From NCBI GenBank assembly GCA_036339465.1, contig JAYZAY010000085.1, forward strand, positions 1 through 64,000: a DNA stretch of 64,000 nt, given 5' to 3'. Of the stretch, positions 1-8,445 are shown piece after piece. This DNA comes from Myxococcota bacterium. GTDB taxonomy: Bacteria; Myxococcota; XYA12-FULL-58-9; JABJBS01. The notes beneath the pieces were generated by a model. That model saw only the letters and a list, made by a program, of their open reading frames with translations. It made no database searches and was not told the DNA's origin. The translations under genes and the position numbers were made by a program. Every line of letters begins with the position of its first letter. Within the stretch, counting starts at the first letter, position 1.

Positions 1-2323
1 CCATCTCGATTTTGGTTACTTCATCCAGCAAATCAACTTGTTCGCGGTTGACTGGGTAGTTCCATACGGGGCGACCTGGATCGGTATCATAGGTCTTAGG
101 AAGACCGGGACGTTCAAGGAAATAGTTAAAGATTTCCTGCGAAGAATCATATTGGCTCTCAGTCGTATGAACCAATCCAGTGACAGCCAATTTTTCCGAT
201 TCAGATTCCAAAGTTCTTATGGAGTCTGCATTGGGGGTCACTTTCTGAATCGCAGTATAATATTCTTTGGTTTTTGGGTTGTAGTAATGCTCTGTGACTT
301 TTCCACCTAAGGCCGCAGAAGGCTCTCTAGAGGCGATTTCTTCAAAAACTTTTACGAATTTATCTTTACTCGGATCAATCACGACCCAGGTTGTGCTCTC
401 CTTAGGAAAACCTCGGTCGTTGAGAGTTTGAAATTTGATCTTAAGCTTCATGGTTGAGTCAGATGCGTTGATGGAAACGAAATCGGCTTCTTCAGTTATG
501 CTACTCAGATGGAGGGGATTTCTTGCAAAGGTTCCATGGCCATCCTCTATAAATTCTCTAAACATACTTTCTATGTCCCAGTCTTGACCGTCTTTATCAA
601 CAAACGAGCGAAGTTCGGCATCGGAAGAGATTGTACGGCCATTCTTAAGCTTTAATTTGAGAGAGTGTCGGCCGTTGTTTCTTTCGCCGACAAAAGTGGT
701 TTCATTAACCCGACTTCTCCACCCAGAAGCCAGGCTCTTGTACCCAGACTCATGATCTGAAGCAAAAGCACCAACGATGTCCCAAACATCCGCTTTACTG
801 TAGGTTTTTAGAGCTTTCTCCGCAGCGACATCTCGATTGGCTCGATAGAGGCTCACGGATTTTTGTGGATTAACACCCATGGCATTAAGAGGCGCTTCAT
901 TGTGGCAGTGACCCCACCAACCGATGGCGATGTTGGCTACATTGATTTTTCCGTTGCCATCCCAGTCCAAACTAATGTCTTTCCTAGCACTTTCACCTGG
1001 TTGGAAATATCTTAAACTAAACGACTTCGTATCTTGGGCACTGAGCTTTTTTACATCAATGTGGTCGTCAAACAAGCCGAAATACGCGAGGCCGCCGAGT
1101 TGCTCTCGTCTGGCTTTGCTATCTCCATCGCCCATATAATCGACACCTATTTTTCCATCATTGTCCCGAAAGAGCTGAAGTCCTGCAAACTCTTGAAGCT
1201 CTTCTGGAAGGCCGTCTGATTGAACGGTTAGGAGTTCATATTTTGGGTCAAAACGGGTGCTATCTTCAGATTGTGAGACGCGGTGCCCAGCTCCCGTTGA
1301 ATATTGGGGGCTATAAACCAACGCCATGTTTATGGAGCTTTCAAAGTCTTGCTCATCCACCTTTCGTCTGTTTCGATTGTTGGCCGTTTTTCGTCGGTAA
1401 ATATCCCTAAGTCGATTTGAGATCTGCTTGTCACCATCACTGTCGAGGGGTTCTTGGTCTTTTAATTTTTCAAGTGGTTTTGCGTAGTTTTTCCAGTAGG
1501 GCCAATAGTTTTTATGGGTGCCGACTTCCATTGTGTAGTTTGTACCGCCCTGACCCTTCGAACCGGTGACCAACTTAATGCCAAGTTCGGTGACTCTACC
1601 TCGGGCCTTACGTTTGTTTCTCGGGCTTAGTTGCGTTGTCTCGATGGCGGCTAAAAGCTCTTTAAGTAATTTTTGTCGACGAATATTGCGAATACCATAA
1701 AGCTCATTATTTGTTTTGAACTGCTCTCCCGATGCCATGAGGTAATCGGTTTCCTTGCTTTGAATGGCCGCCACGAACTCTGAGAATTGTTTGGCAGTTG
1801 TAAACGTGCTGATCTTTTCACTTGAACTTTCAATGAGATTCTTTGGATGCTTGTCTTCGAACTCGATGGTATCTAAGACGAGAGCAGGCCATGCTTTATC
1901 GCCCACCGTATTGGAAAATTTTAGTTCAGCCGCAGTGGTGCGAACCTTCCAGTCTTTACGGGCACCGAGGGCTGTACTCTTAATCAAGGAAGCGTTTAAT
2001 TTTGCAACCGGGAGGCCGGGAAGAAGGGTCATATCCTTTTGATGGGCCAAATCCTGTAAGAGGCCGAAAGCCTGTTGAGTAAACTTAATCTTTTTAAGTT
2101 CTGAAGCAGAAAATTTGTTACTCAGGTAGTCAGATGGTTGGAGAATCGCTCGGTATTCTTTTGCCGTGAACGTCCGTTTTTTAGGTAAGAGATAAGACAA
2201 GCAACCCGAACCTCGTGCGTAATGAACGACATTTTTCAGTTTTTCCGCATCGATGGTACCATCACCCTGCAGAGCATTTTCGATAATTGCCAACATTCTT
2301 GTTTGTACGCCATTGACTGACAT
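1..2323 (-). CDS. Large protein, partial (runs off the left edge), transglutaminase-elicitor-like cysteine enzyme
   Basis: ATG at 2321-2323 (minus) with GAGGAG SD. The frame appears open to position 2: no stop-terminated ORF is listed in this frame. My translation gives HKNYWPYW (about 1493-1516), IGWWGHCHNEAPLNAM (about 878-925) and YDTDPGRPVWNYPV near the edge. Confidence 0.75.
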   Translation of the reverse strand, partial: MSVNGVQTRMLAIIENALQGDGTIDAEKLKNVVHYARGSGCLSYLLPKKRTFTAKEYRAILQPSDYLSNKFSASELKKIKFTQQAFGLLQDLAHQKDMTLLPGLPVAKLNASLIKSTALGARKDWKVRTTAAELKFSNTVGDKAWPALVLDTIEFEDKHPKNLIESSSEKISTFTTAKQFSEFVAAIQSKETDYLMASGEQFKTNNELYGIRNIRRQKLLKELLAAIETTQLSPRNKRKARGRVTELGIKLVTGSKGQGGTNYTMEVGTHKNYWPYWKNYAKPLEKLKDQEPLDSDGDKQISNRLRDIYRRKTANNRNRRKVDEQDFESSINMALVYSPQYSTGAGHRVSQSEDSTRFDPKYELLTVQSDGLPEELQEFAGLQLFRDNDGKIGVDYMGDGDSKARREQLGGLAYFGLFDDHIDVKKLSAQDTKSFSLRYFQPGESARKDISLDWDGNGKINVANIAIGWWGHCHNEAPLNAMGVNPQKSVSLYRANRDVAAEKALKTYSKADVWDIVGAFASDHESGYKSLASGWRSRVNETTFVGERNNGRHSLKLKLKNGRTISSDAELRSFVDKDGQDWDIESMFREFIEDGHGTFARNPLHLSSITEEADFVSINASDSTMKLKIKFQTLNDRGFPKESTTWVVIDPSKDKFVKVFEEIASREPSAALGGKVTEHYYNPKTKEYYTAIQKVTPNADSIRTLESESEKLAVTGLVHTTESQYDSSQEIFNYFLERPGLPKTYDTDPGRPVWNYPVNREQVDLLDEVTKIEM

Positions 2324-2498
2324 CAGATTTCTCCTCAAACGAAATTTATTCGTAGTTTCTAGGAGCATCGGTTTGATGGAGCAGATGTTGCGAATCAGAA
2401 TTCCTGTGAGCAGAGACGATGAACTCTTAGAGTCTTGAGCCACGATTAAATGGCTGTTATCATAGAGGTTATTTCGTGTTTTCAGGAGATCTTTCGAT

Positions 2499-3386
2499 TT
2501 AGATAAAAAACCGTAGGGCGAAGATGCCTGACCAATTGGCATGACGTTCGACGCTTTTGGTGAAAGTACAATCCAAGGAGGCTTGGGGGGATGCGTAACC
2601 AATTCCGAGAGAAAGGATATTCTCTCTCTTTAGAGTTCCCAAACTGTCGACAAAGGTCGTGTTCTTATATCCAGCTCGAATAGGGATATTTTCACTTGCC
2701 ATGAATTCGCCGCCGACGTGATACCAGAGTTTTGGGCTCTTGGATTCGGTTAGGTCCACTCGAAGATCAAAAGCCAATAACATGAGATCAGAATTAATCC
2801 CCAGTCCAATGCCAATGGCTGGAGGGGTCAGGTGAGGCGAGTCTGTTTCAATGAAATTATGATAGCTAATACCCAGGGTTAGAAGAGAGGATATTTGAGC
2901 CGCTAAGCCGATATCAGCTGTCCATAATTCCCTAAAGTCCACCTCACTGGTATCATTGGGTGCCTTTTCTTTCACATTGAGATAATGACCGCTGGCACCT
3001 AGCGAGATGACATTGTTCATGTTGTAGGCCATTCCTAGAGTCATCCGGTGTAATTTAAAATCGACAATGTCATTATGACCGCTTATAAAATCGTATGCTA
3101 ACCCTCCGGCAATTGCTCCCGATTTAGCATCTACCGCAGAGACACTGATGCGATTGGTACTGTCTCGTTCTAGGAATGTATATTGTAAATCGACACCGTA
3201 TCTTCTGCTCAAGGCCATGGCGCCGGGATTGAGCGTTAACGTATCGTTTGCATCTCCTATTCCGCGGTGGGCCCCTCCCATTGCTTGTGAACGCACTCCC
3301 CCTGTTTCTTCTAGGAGTTGGCTTGGCATTGTGGCACTGAAGGCCAGTTGAGTGGTCGCCAGCAATGCTAAAAATCCAAACTTCAT
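2499..3386 (-). CDS. Outer-membrane beta-barrel protein, FadL/PorV-like N-terminus
   Basis: Start moved to ATG 3386 (AGGAGA SD; signal peptide MKFGFLALLATTQLAFSA). Motif GGVRSQAMGGA...DTLTLNPGAM, alternating beta-strand pattern, aromatic C-terminus. Confidence 0.7.
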   Translation of the reverse strand: MKFGFLALLATTQLAFSATMPSQLLEETGGVRSQAMGGAHRGIGDANDTLTLNPGAMALSRRYGVDLQYTFLERDSTNRISVSAVDAKSGAIAGGLAYDFISGHNDIVDFKLHRMTLGMAYNMNNVISLGASGHYLNVKEKAPNDTSEVDFRELWTADIGLAAQISSLLTLGISYHNFIETDSPHLTPPAIGIGLGINSDLMLLAFDLRVDLTESKSPKLWYHVGGEFMASENIPIRAGYKNTTFVDSLGTLKRENILSLGIGYASPQASLDCTFTKSVERHANWSGIFALRFFI

Positions 3387-3491
3387 AGAATCTCCTATTT
3401 CTTCTAATATTCTTATGTAGACATTCGAGATTGAGGAACTTTTTTGCGGGCTCTCTTGACCCTGAGTGGCTGTACTGTCAAGGAGCAAATT

Positions 3492-4793
3492 ATGACTGAA
3501 ATCAATGCCTTTGATGTATTATCTGATCGTGGGTTCGTAAAACAATGTACGGATGAAGAATCCCTAAGTAAATTAATGGGTGAAAAAAACCTGACGGTCT
3601 ACTGCGGATACGATCCCACAGCGGATAGCTTGCATGTAGGGCATCTTTTTACGGTTAAAGCTCTCAAGCATCTTGAAGACGCGGGTCACCGAATTATTAT
3701 TTTGTTGGGAGGCGGAACTGCTATGGTGGGTGATCCCACAGGCAAATCAGAAATGCGGCAAATGTTAACCCGGGAGAGGATTAACGCTCATTGTGAGAGA
3801 TTTAAAGAGCAAGTGGGGCGTTTTTTGGATGTTGAAGGTGGGAAGACTCTTGTTGTTAATAATGCTGATTGGTTGTTGGAGCTAAATTATCTCGACTTTC
3901 TTCGGGATATCGGGCGCCATTTTTCTGTTAATAGAATGCTGACGGCTGAGGCCTATAAACAACGTTTGGAGCGGGGACTCTCATTCATTGAATTCAATTA
4001 TCAGCTGCTGCAGGCTTACGATTTCCTGGAATTAAATAGAAAATATGAGTGTCAACTACAGCTTGGCGGCGATGACCAATGGAGTAATATTCTAGCGGGC
4101 TTAGAGCTATGTAGGCGTCTCGAAAAAGAACAGGTTTATGGATTGACGACGCCCCTATTGACGACGGCGACTGGTGAGAAAATGGGGAAGACTGTGGGTG
4201 GGGCATTGTGGCTCGAGGCCGACAAGCTTAAACCCTATGACTTTTATCAATATTGGGTCAACGTACACGATGATGACGTGGTAAAGCTCTTGGGGTTTTA
4301 CACTTTCTTACCCATGGCCGAAATTCGGAAAGTTGCAGGAGTTGAAGGCAGAGATTTGAATAATGCTAAGTCCATTCTTGCTTATGAGGTTACAAAGTGG
4401 GTGCATGGTAAGGCAGCTGCATGTGAGGCTCACCAGGCGGCCTTGGCGGCTTTTGGTGGACGGGCAATCGTTGAGACTCTACTTCCATCGAGTGATTTGC
4501 CCCGCGATGCAGGATCGAGTGTTTCCAAGATTCCGACCACGACCATCGAATTTTCAAAGGAATTTGGCTTACTCGAAGTTTTGGTCATGACAAAATTGGC
4601 AGGCTCGAAGTCTGAAGCGCGTCGGTTGATTCAACAAGGTGGTATCCGTGTGAATGACGAGAAAATTTCTGATGTTTACTTTAAGTTGCTTTCGGAGCAC
4701 TTTGTATCAGGGGTGGCTACCCTTCGAGCGGGGAAGAAAAAAATTCATCGTCTAAATTGTGGGAATGAACATGGTGGTGGGGATCAAGACTAG
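3492..4793 (+). CDS. tyrS: Tyrosine--tRNA ligase
   Basis: YCGYDPTADSLHVGH (HIGH), QLGGDDQW, KMGKT (KMSKS), C-terminal S4 domain (SKSEARRLIQQGG). ATG 3492 follows AGGAG. Confidence 0.97.
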   Translation: MTEINAFDVLSDRGFVKQCTDEESLSKLMGEKNLTVYCGYDPTADSLHVGHLFTVKALKHLEDAGHRIIILLGGGTAMVGDPTGKSEMRQMLTRERINAHCERFKEQVGRFLDVEGGKTLVVNNADWLLELNYLDFLRDIGRHFSVNRMLTAEAYKQRLERGLSFIEFNYQLLQAYDFLELNRKYECQLQLGGDDQWSNILAGLELCRRLEKEQVYGLTTPLLTTATGEKMGKTVGGALWLEADKLKPYDFYQYWVNVHDDDVVKLLGFYTFLPMAEIRKVAGVEGRDLNNAKSILAYEVTKWVHGKAAACEAHQAALAAFGGRAIVETLLPSSDLPRDAGSSVSKIPTTTIEFSKEFGLLEVLVMTKLAGSKSEARRLIQQGGIRVNDEKISDVYFKLLSEHFVSGVATLRAGKKKIHRLNCGNEHGGGDQD

Positions 4794-5547
4794 TCTGCTG
4801 TTTTTGTCCGTATGGAGTGGTTTTTTTGGGGTTACGGATGACGAGAAAAACACGGCGCGAACGGGAGACTATCGTACGAGGAAACTCGAGATTAACTTTT
4901 ATACTAAGGCAAAGATTGGAAAACAGGTCTTGCCAAAGGGAAAGATTACGGTTCGTTACGACAATGCGAATATAAAGTTTATCCATCCTTCTACGCATCA
5001 GACACTCGGTGAACAAAAATGTCGCCCCCGAAAATTGAAGGCTTACCGACATGCACCCCACGTTCAGATGTTTCTTTCTAAGGGTAAAAGGAAATTTACG
5101 TTGCGGTTTTCTAACCAAAATTTTTTCTGCGACGTGAATGGGGTATTCGATGAAAATCTTAAGCTTGCTGATCGCTCAGTGAATACAAATGCGCTCAAGG
5201 ACAAAGCGGAAGTTCATGGTATTCCCGATAACCCTTCCGATGCACAGCTCCTACACCAGGCCCTAAAGCGTTATAAAACTAGCGTAGAACATTGTGGCTA
5301 TAAAGCTAAACAAAGAATGCGCAGACAAAACCTACAAAAATATGCTTTGTGTGCGTGTCCTATAATAGAACGATGGCGACTGCCTAAATTGCGACAAAAG
5401 GTTCGAGTTAGTTCATATGTCTTGCCTTATCAATCGGGCTATTCGTTTCTGGCTTTGCCAAATGGAAAGGTCGATGGCTGTCGTATGTGGATAGGAAACA
5501 TGCCGCCTAAAGAGGAACCAGAAATACTGGAAAAATTAATTAAATGA
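4759..5547 (+). CDS. Hypothetical exported, basic, Cys-containing protein
   Basis: 262-aa ORF with hydrophobic N-terminus. Overlaps the tyrS end and has an ATGA overlap with the next gene. Exact start uncertain. Confidence 0.6.
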   Translation: MGMNMVVGIKTSLLFLSVWSGFFGVTDDEKNTARTGDYRTRKLEINFYTKAKIGKQVLPKGKITVRYDNANIKFIHPSTHQTLGEQKCRPRKLKAYRHAPHVQMFLSKGKRKFTLRFSNQNFFCDVNGVFDENLKLADRSVNTNALKDKAEVHGIPDNPSDAQLLHQALKRYKTSVEHCGYKAKQRMRRQNLQKYALCACPIIERWRLPKLRQKVRVSSYVLPYQSGYSFLALPNGKVDGCRMWIGNMPPKEEPEILEKLIK

Positions 5548-6878
5548 AGAATCTAAAATCTGTTCGATTTCCGAGGGAAGAGCGAAGCCGCAGGGTTTAT
5601 TGGCATACTCTCCACAATGGATTACGAGTTTTGCTCTGTCCCATGAGTAACGTTTCTGAAGCTTGTGTTTCTGTCTTTGTTCGTTCTGGTTCGCGATTTG
5701 AAAAACCTTCAGAAAATGGGATTACTCATGTCCTAGAGCATATGGTTTTTCGGGGAACCCAGAAATTTCCAAGTGCGATGCAATTAAACCAAGCGGCAGA
5801 GAGTATTGGAGGGCATCTAGATGCAGCAACTTTCCGTGACATGGTCTATTTTTCGGCAACTTGCCATTACAAAGAGCTAGAAAAAGCAATGATGATTGTT
5901 GCAGATATGATTCAGTTCCCACGTTATCAGGCCTTAGAGGTCGAAAAAGAGGTTATTCGGCAGGAAATCCTAGATTCATTTAATGAAAAGGGAGAATGTA
6001 TCGACGTTGATAACCTCTCTTATGGATTAGAGTTTGGTACCCATCCCATGGGGCAATCGATCGAAGGGACTGTCGACAACCTTCTTTCCTTTGAGAAGGG
6101 ACAGCTTGAGGCATACCGGCAGCGTTATTTCTGTGCTCGGAATATGGTGCTCGTTGTGGCGGGCAAGATGGATCCGAAGGAGACTTTGAATTCTATTGAA
6201 TCGGATTGGGGGAATCTGAAATCAGGAAAAATGGAAATACCCGAGTGTCCTCAGCAGAGTTTGAAGAAGCCTCAATTCAAATTTGTCGAGCATCCGACGA
6301 GTCAACTTGATATACGCTTTTGTTTTCGCGCCATCGGACCCCAACATGATGATTATTCAAAGCTTCATATGCTGAATAGAATTTTGACCGACGGTATGGC
6401 TTCGCGGTTGCATCGAGAGTTAATCGATGGTCTGGCGATTGCTTACTCTTTGGATGCAGGCGTTGTCGGATATGAGGACTTTGGGCTTTATCAGGTGGAT
6501 GTGACGGTTTCACAGGAGAAGGCGGATTTTGCATGTTCTGAAATCCTCAAGTTTCTAGCCCGGACTGGGAGGATGCGTTTTTCTGACGAGGAAATCGATC
6601 GTGCAATTAAAAGGTACTTTTATGGGTGGGATTTTATTCAGGATAGTCCAGAAGGTTTTTCAGATTGGCTAGGTCGCCATGAATTATTTGAACAAGATTG
6701 GCGTAACCGAAACACACATCCAGCACTACGGAATTTTACTGTCAGTAATTTACGGAAAACTGCCAAACAATACTTACGTCCAGAGCGGCTCACGATGATA
6801 GCGGTTGGGAAGCTAAACCGTAAAGATTGGAGAAATGTGCAAGGACTGGTTCGAAGTTGGTGCGCGGACAATCAATAA
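5544..6878 (+). CDS. M16 (pitrilysin/insulinase) family zinc peptidase
   Basis: GSRFE...GITHVLEHMVFRGT with inverted HxxEH motif; C-terminal inactive domain (SRLHRELI...AYS). Confidence 0.92.
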   Translation: MKNLKSVRFPREERSRRVYWHTLHNGLRVLLCPMSNVSEACVSVFVRSGSRFEKPSENGITHVLEHMVFRGTQKFPSAMQLNQAAESIGGHLDAATFRDMVYFSATCHYKELEKAMMIVADMIQFPRYQALEVEKEVIRQEILDSFNEKGECIDVDNLSYGLEFGTHPMGQSIEGTVDNLLSFEKGQLEAYRQRYFCARNMVLVVAGKMDPKETLNSIESDWGNLKSGKMEIPECPQQSLKKPQFKFVEHPTSQLDIRFCFRAIGPQHDDYSKLHMLNRILTDGMASRLHRELIDGLAIAYSLDAGVVGYEDFGLYQVDVTVSQEKADFACSEILKFLARTGRMRFSDEEIDRAIKRYFYGWDFIQDSPEGFSDWLGRHELFEQDWRNRNTHPALRNFTVSNLRKTAKQYLRPERLTMIAVGKLNRKDWRNVQGLVRSWCADNQ

Positions 6879-6927
6879 CTTTAGGTATCAATAATTTTGG
6901 TATCAATAATTTTGGTATCAATAATTC
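6871..6927. repeat. 15-bp tandem repeat (ATCAATAATTTTGGT), about 3.7 copies
   Basis: Units start at 6871 (variant, 16 bp), 6887, 6902 and 6917 (partial), between two convergent stop codons. Confidence 0.9.
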
Positions 6928-6930
6928 TAC

Positions 6931-7908
6931 TTATCTAACCGGAATAAGATCGGCACTTGGGACTTTCATAGACATTTTACCGACACTTACTTTGGTCATC
7001 ATTTTTGCATCGATTTTGTCGACAACCCCAATTTGCCCAGAAAGGAGACCAGAAGTAATTCTTACCTTATCGCCTTCTTTAAGGCTTTTGGCTTTTTCCT
7101 GTTTTTGGCTTTGCTCAGCGCGAATTTGCTTTGTGGCTCCAATAAAATCGTTTTGTTTGGACCAAGCCATAAATCGGTAACATGGAATCAAGGTATTCAA
7201 GTTTTCTCGGATTTTCCCTACGAGGTTGATGCCTAAATCAGAAGCTTCTTCTATGGCATAGGAAAATCCTAAATAGAATCGCTGATCTGATTCCGCTAAT
7301 TGCAGAGTGAGCTCCTTCATATTCTCCAGTGGGGCCTTTACTGCGGAAGCCAGGTTGTCACCGAAACCCATGACAGCTTCTGTTGGAAGATTTGCAAGCC
7401 GGTTTAGAAAAACTTCTGGTTTTTCCTCGACTTGAAGCTTTGCTGCGAGATTGAGTCGATCGACTTTGGCATTTGGGGCGATTTGAATGCCAACCCAAAA
7501 TTTCTCATGGCTTAGTATCAATGTGAGGGTGATGTGCTTATCGTGAGCGGAAGTATTAAAGATACTTTCTTTTTCGAGAACGGTTTTGCCTAGGAGTGTA
7601 GATAGCTGTTCACGGTCTTGCTTACTCCTAAACCAGTAAATCCATTGGCTATCGACCTTTTTCTGGTTTGATATATTTGGGATCTCATCGGAGGCGCCTC
7701 GCACCATTTGTCCAAAGATTTCATCATCGAGGCCGAGTGCTGTCGTATCCCCCAAAGCTATCATAGTGCTCTTCGTCTTCATACGAGCAAGGTTGTGAAC
7801 CATACTGGACCACTTGGAAGGGAGGTAAGTATCGAAATGCTCTTTATCTAATCCACCAAAATCAGCCATAGTGGAGGGAGGTCTAACCTCCTCTTGGCTC
7901 TGCGTCAA
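6931..7908 (-). CDS. Hypothetical protein with C-terminal KOW (NusG-like) motif
   Basis: C-terminus LKEGDKVRITSGLLSGQIGVVDKID is a KOW motif. TTG start with GAGGA SD. Confidence 0.7.
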   Translation of the reverse strand: MTQSQEEVRPPSTMADFGGLDKEHFDTYLPSKWSSMVHNLARMKTKSTMIALGDTTALGLDDEIFGQMVRGASDEIPNISNQKKVDSQWIYWFRSKQDREQLSTLLGKTVLEKESIFNTSAHDKHITLTLILSHEKFWVGIQIAPNAKVDRLNLAAKLQVEEKPEVFLNRLANLPTEAVMGFGDNLASAVKAPLENMKELTLQLAESDQRFYLGFSYAIEEASDLGINLVGKIRENLNTLIPCYRFMAWSKQNDFIGATKQIRAEQSQKQEKAKSLKEGDKVRITSGLLSGQIGVVDKIDAKMMTKVSVGKMSMKVPSADLIPVR

Positions 7909-7960
7909 TCCTCAATACCAATGGAATGAAAATTGGACCGATGAATTCCCAGGAGCAGTC

Positions 7961-8389
7961 TTATTGGTTGGAAATAAGATCTTTGCTCAATTCCACCAAA
8001 ATCCAATGCCCATTTTCTAATTTTTTCCACTTTTGAATTTGGGTTAACTTCTTGATGATGGTGCTTGGGAGTAAATAGCTTTCGGTTACAACCATAACAT
8101 TTGCGAATGCTTCTTCGTGATGTTCGAATCTAGAAACAGTCCTTACTTCCATGAGTTGAATGAACAAATCCCGCTCACGCTCCATATATCGCTTGAGAAA
8201 CTCAGTTTGTTGTTGAGGTTCTAGATACCGAGCTGCTTGGTCGAATCTTTTCCACCTCATATCTTGATTAAAACGCATCACCGAAGTTCGCAGGAGATCT
8301 CGTTTGTTTGTGGTAGCGCAACCGGTAATGCAGAGGCATACCAGCGCGATTCCAATATACCGTAATAAAACCATGTTGGAAGCTACCAC
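7961..8389 (-). CDS. Hypothetical lipoprotein
   Basis: Hydrophobic signal ending in lipobox ITGC. The start may be a few codons downstream. Confidence 0.7.
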   Translation of the reverse strand: MVASNMVLLRYIGIALVCLCITGCATTNKRDLLRTSVMRFNQDMRWKRFDQAARYLEPQQQTEFLKRYMERERDLFIQLMEVRTVSRFEHHEEAFANVMVVTESYLLPSTIIKKLTQIQKWKKLENGHWILVELSKDLISNQ

Positions 8390-8445
8390 GAGCGAGGGGA
8401 AATTTCTAAAAGAATAACAGAACTCTTGACCATCTCTGATTTCAA

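Noticed and set aside
38..2438. Short ORFs listed at the left edge, and the many short overlapping ORFs elsewhere
   Set aside because: They are shadow frames of longer, motif-supported genes.
3387..3491. T-box or attenuator leader before tyrS
   Set aside because: The gap is only about 105 bp between divergent genes and has no T-box consensus.
6871..6927. Direct repeats as a CRISPR array
   Set aside because: The units are 15 bp, contiguous and spacer-less, and there are no cas genes.
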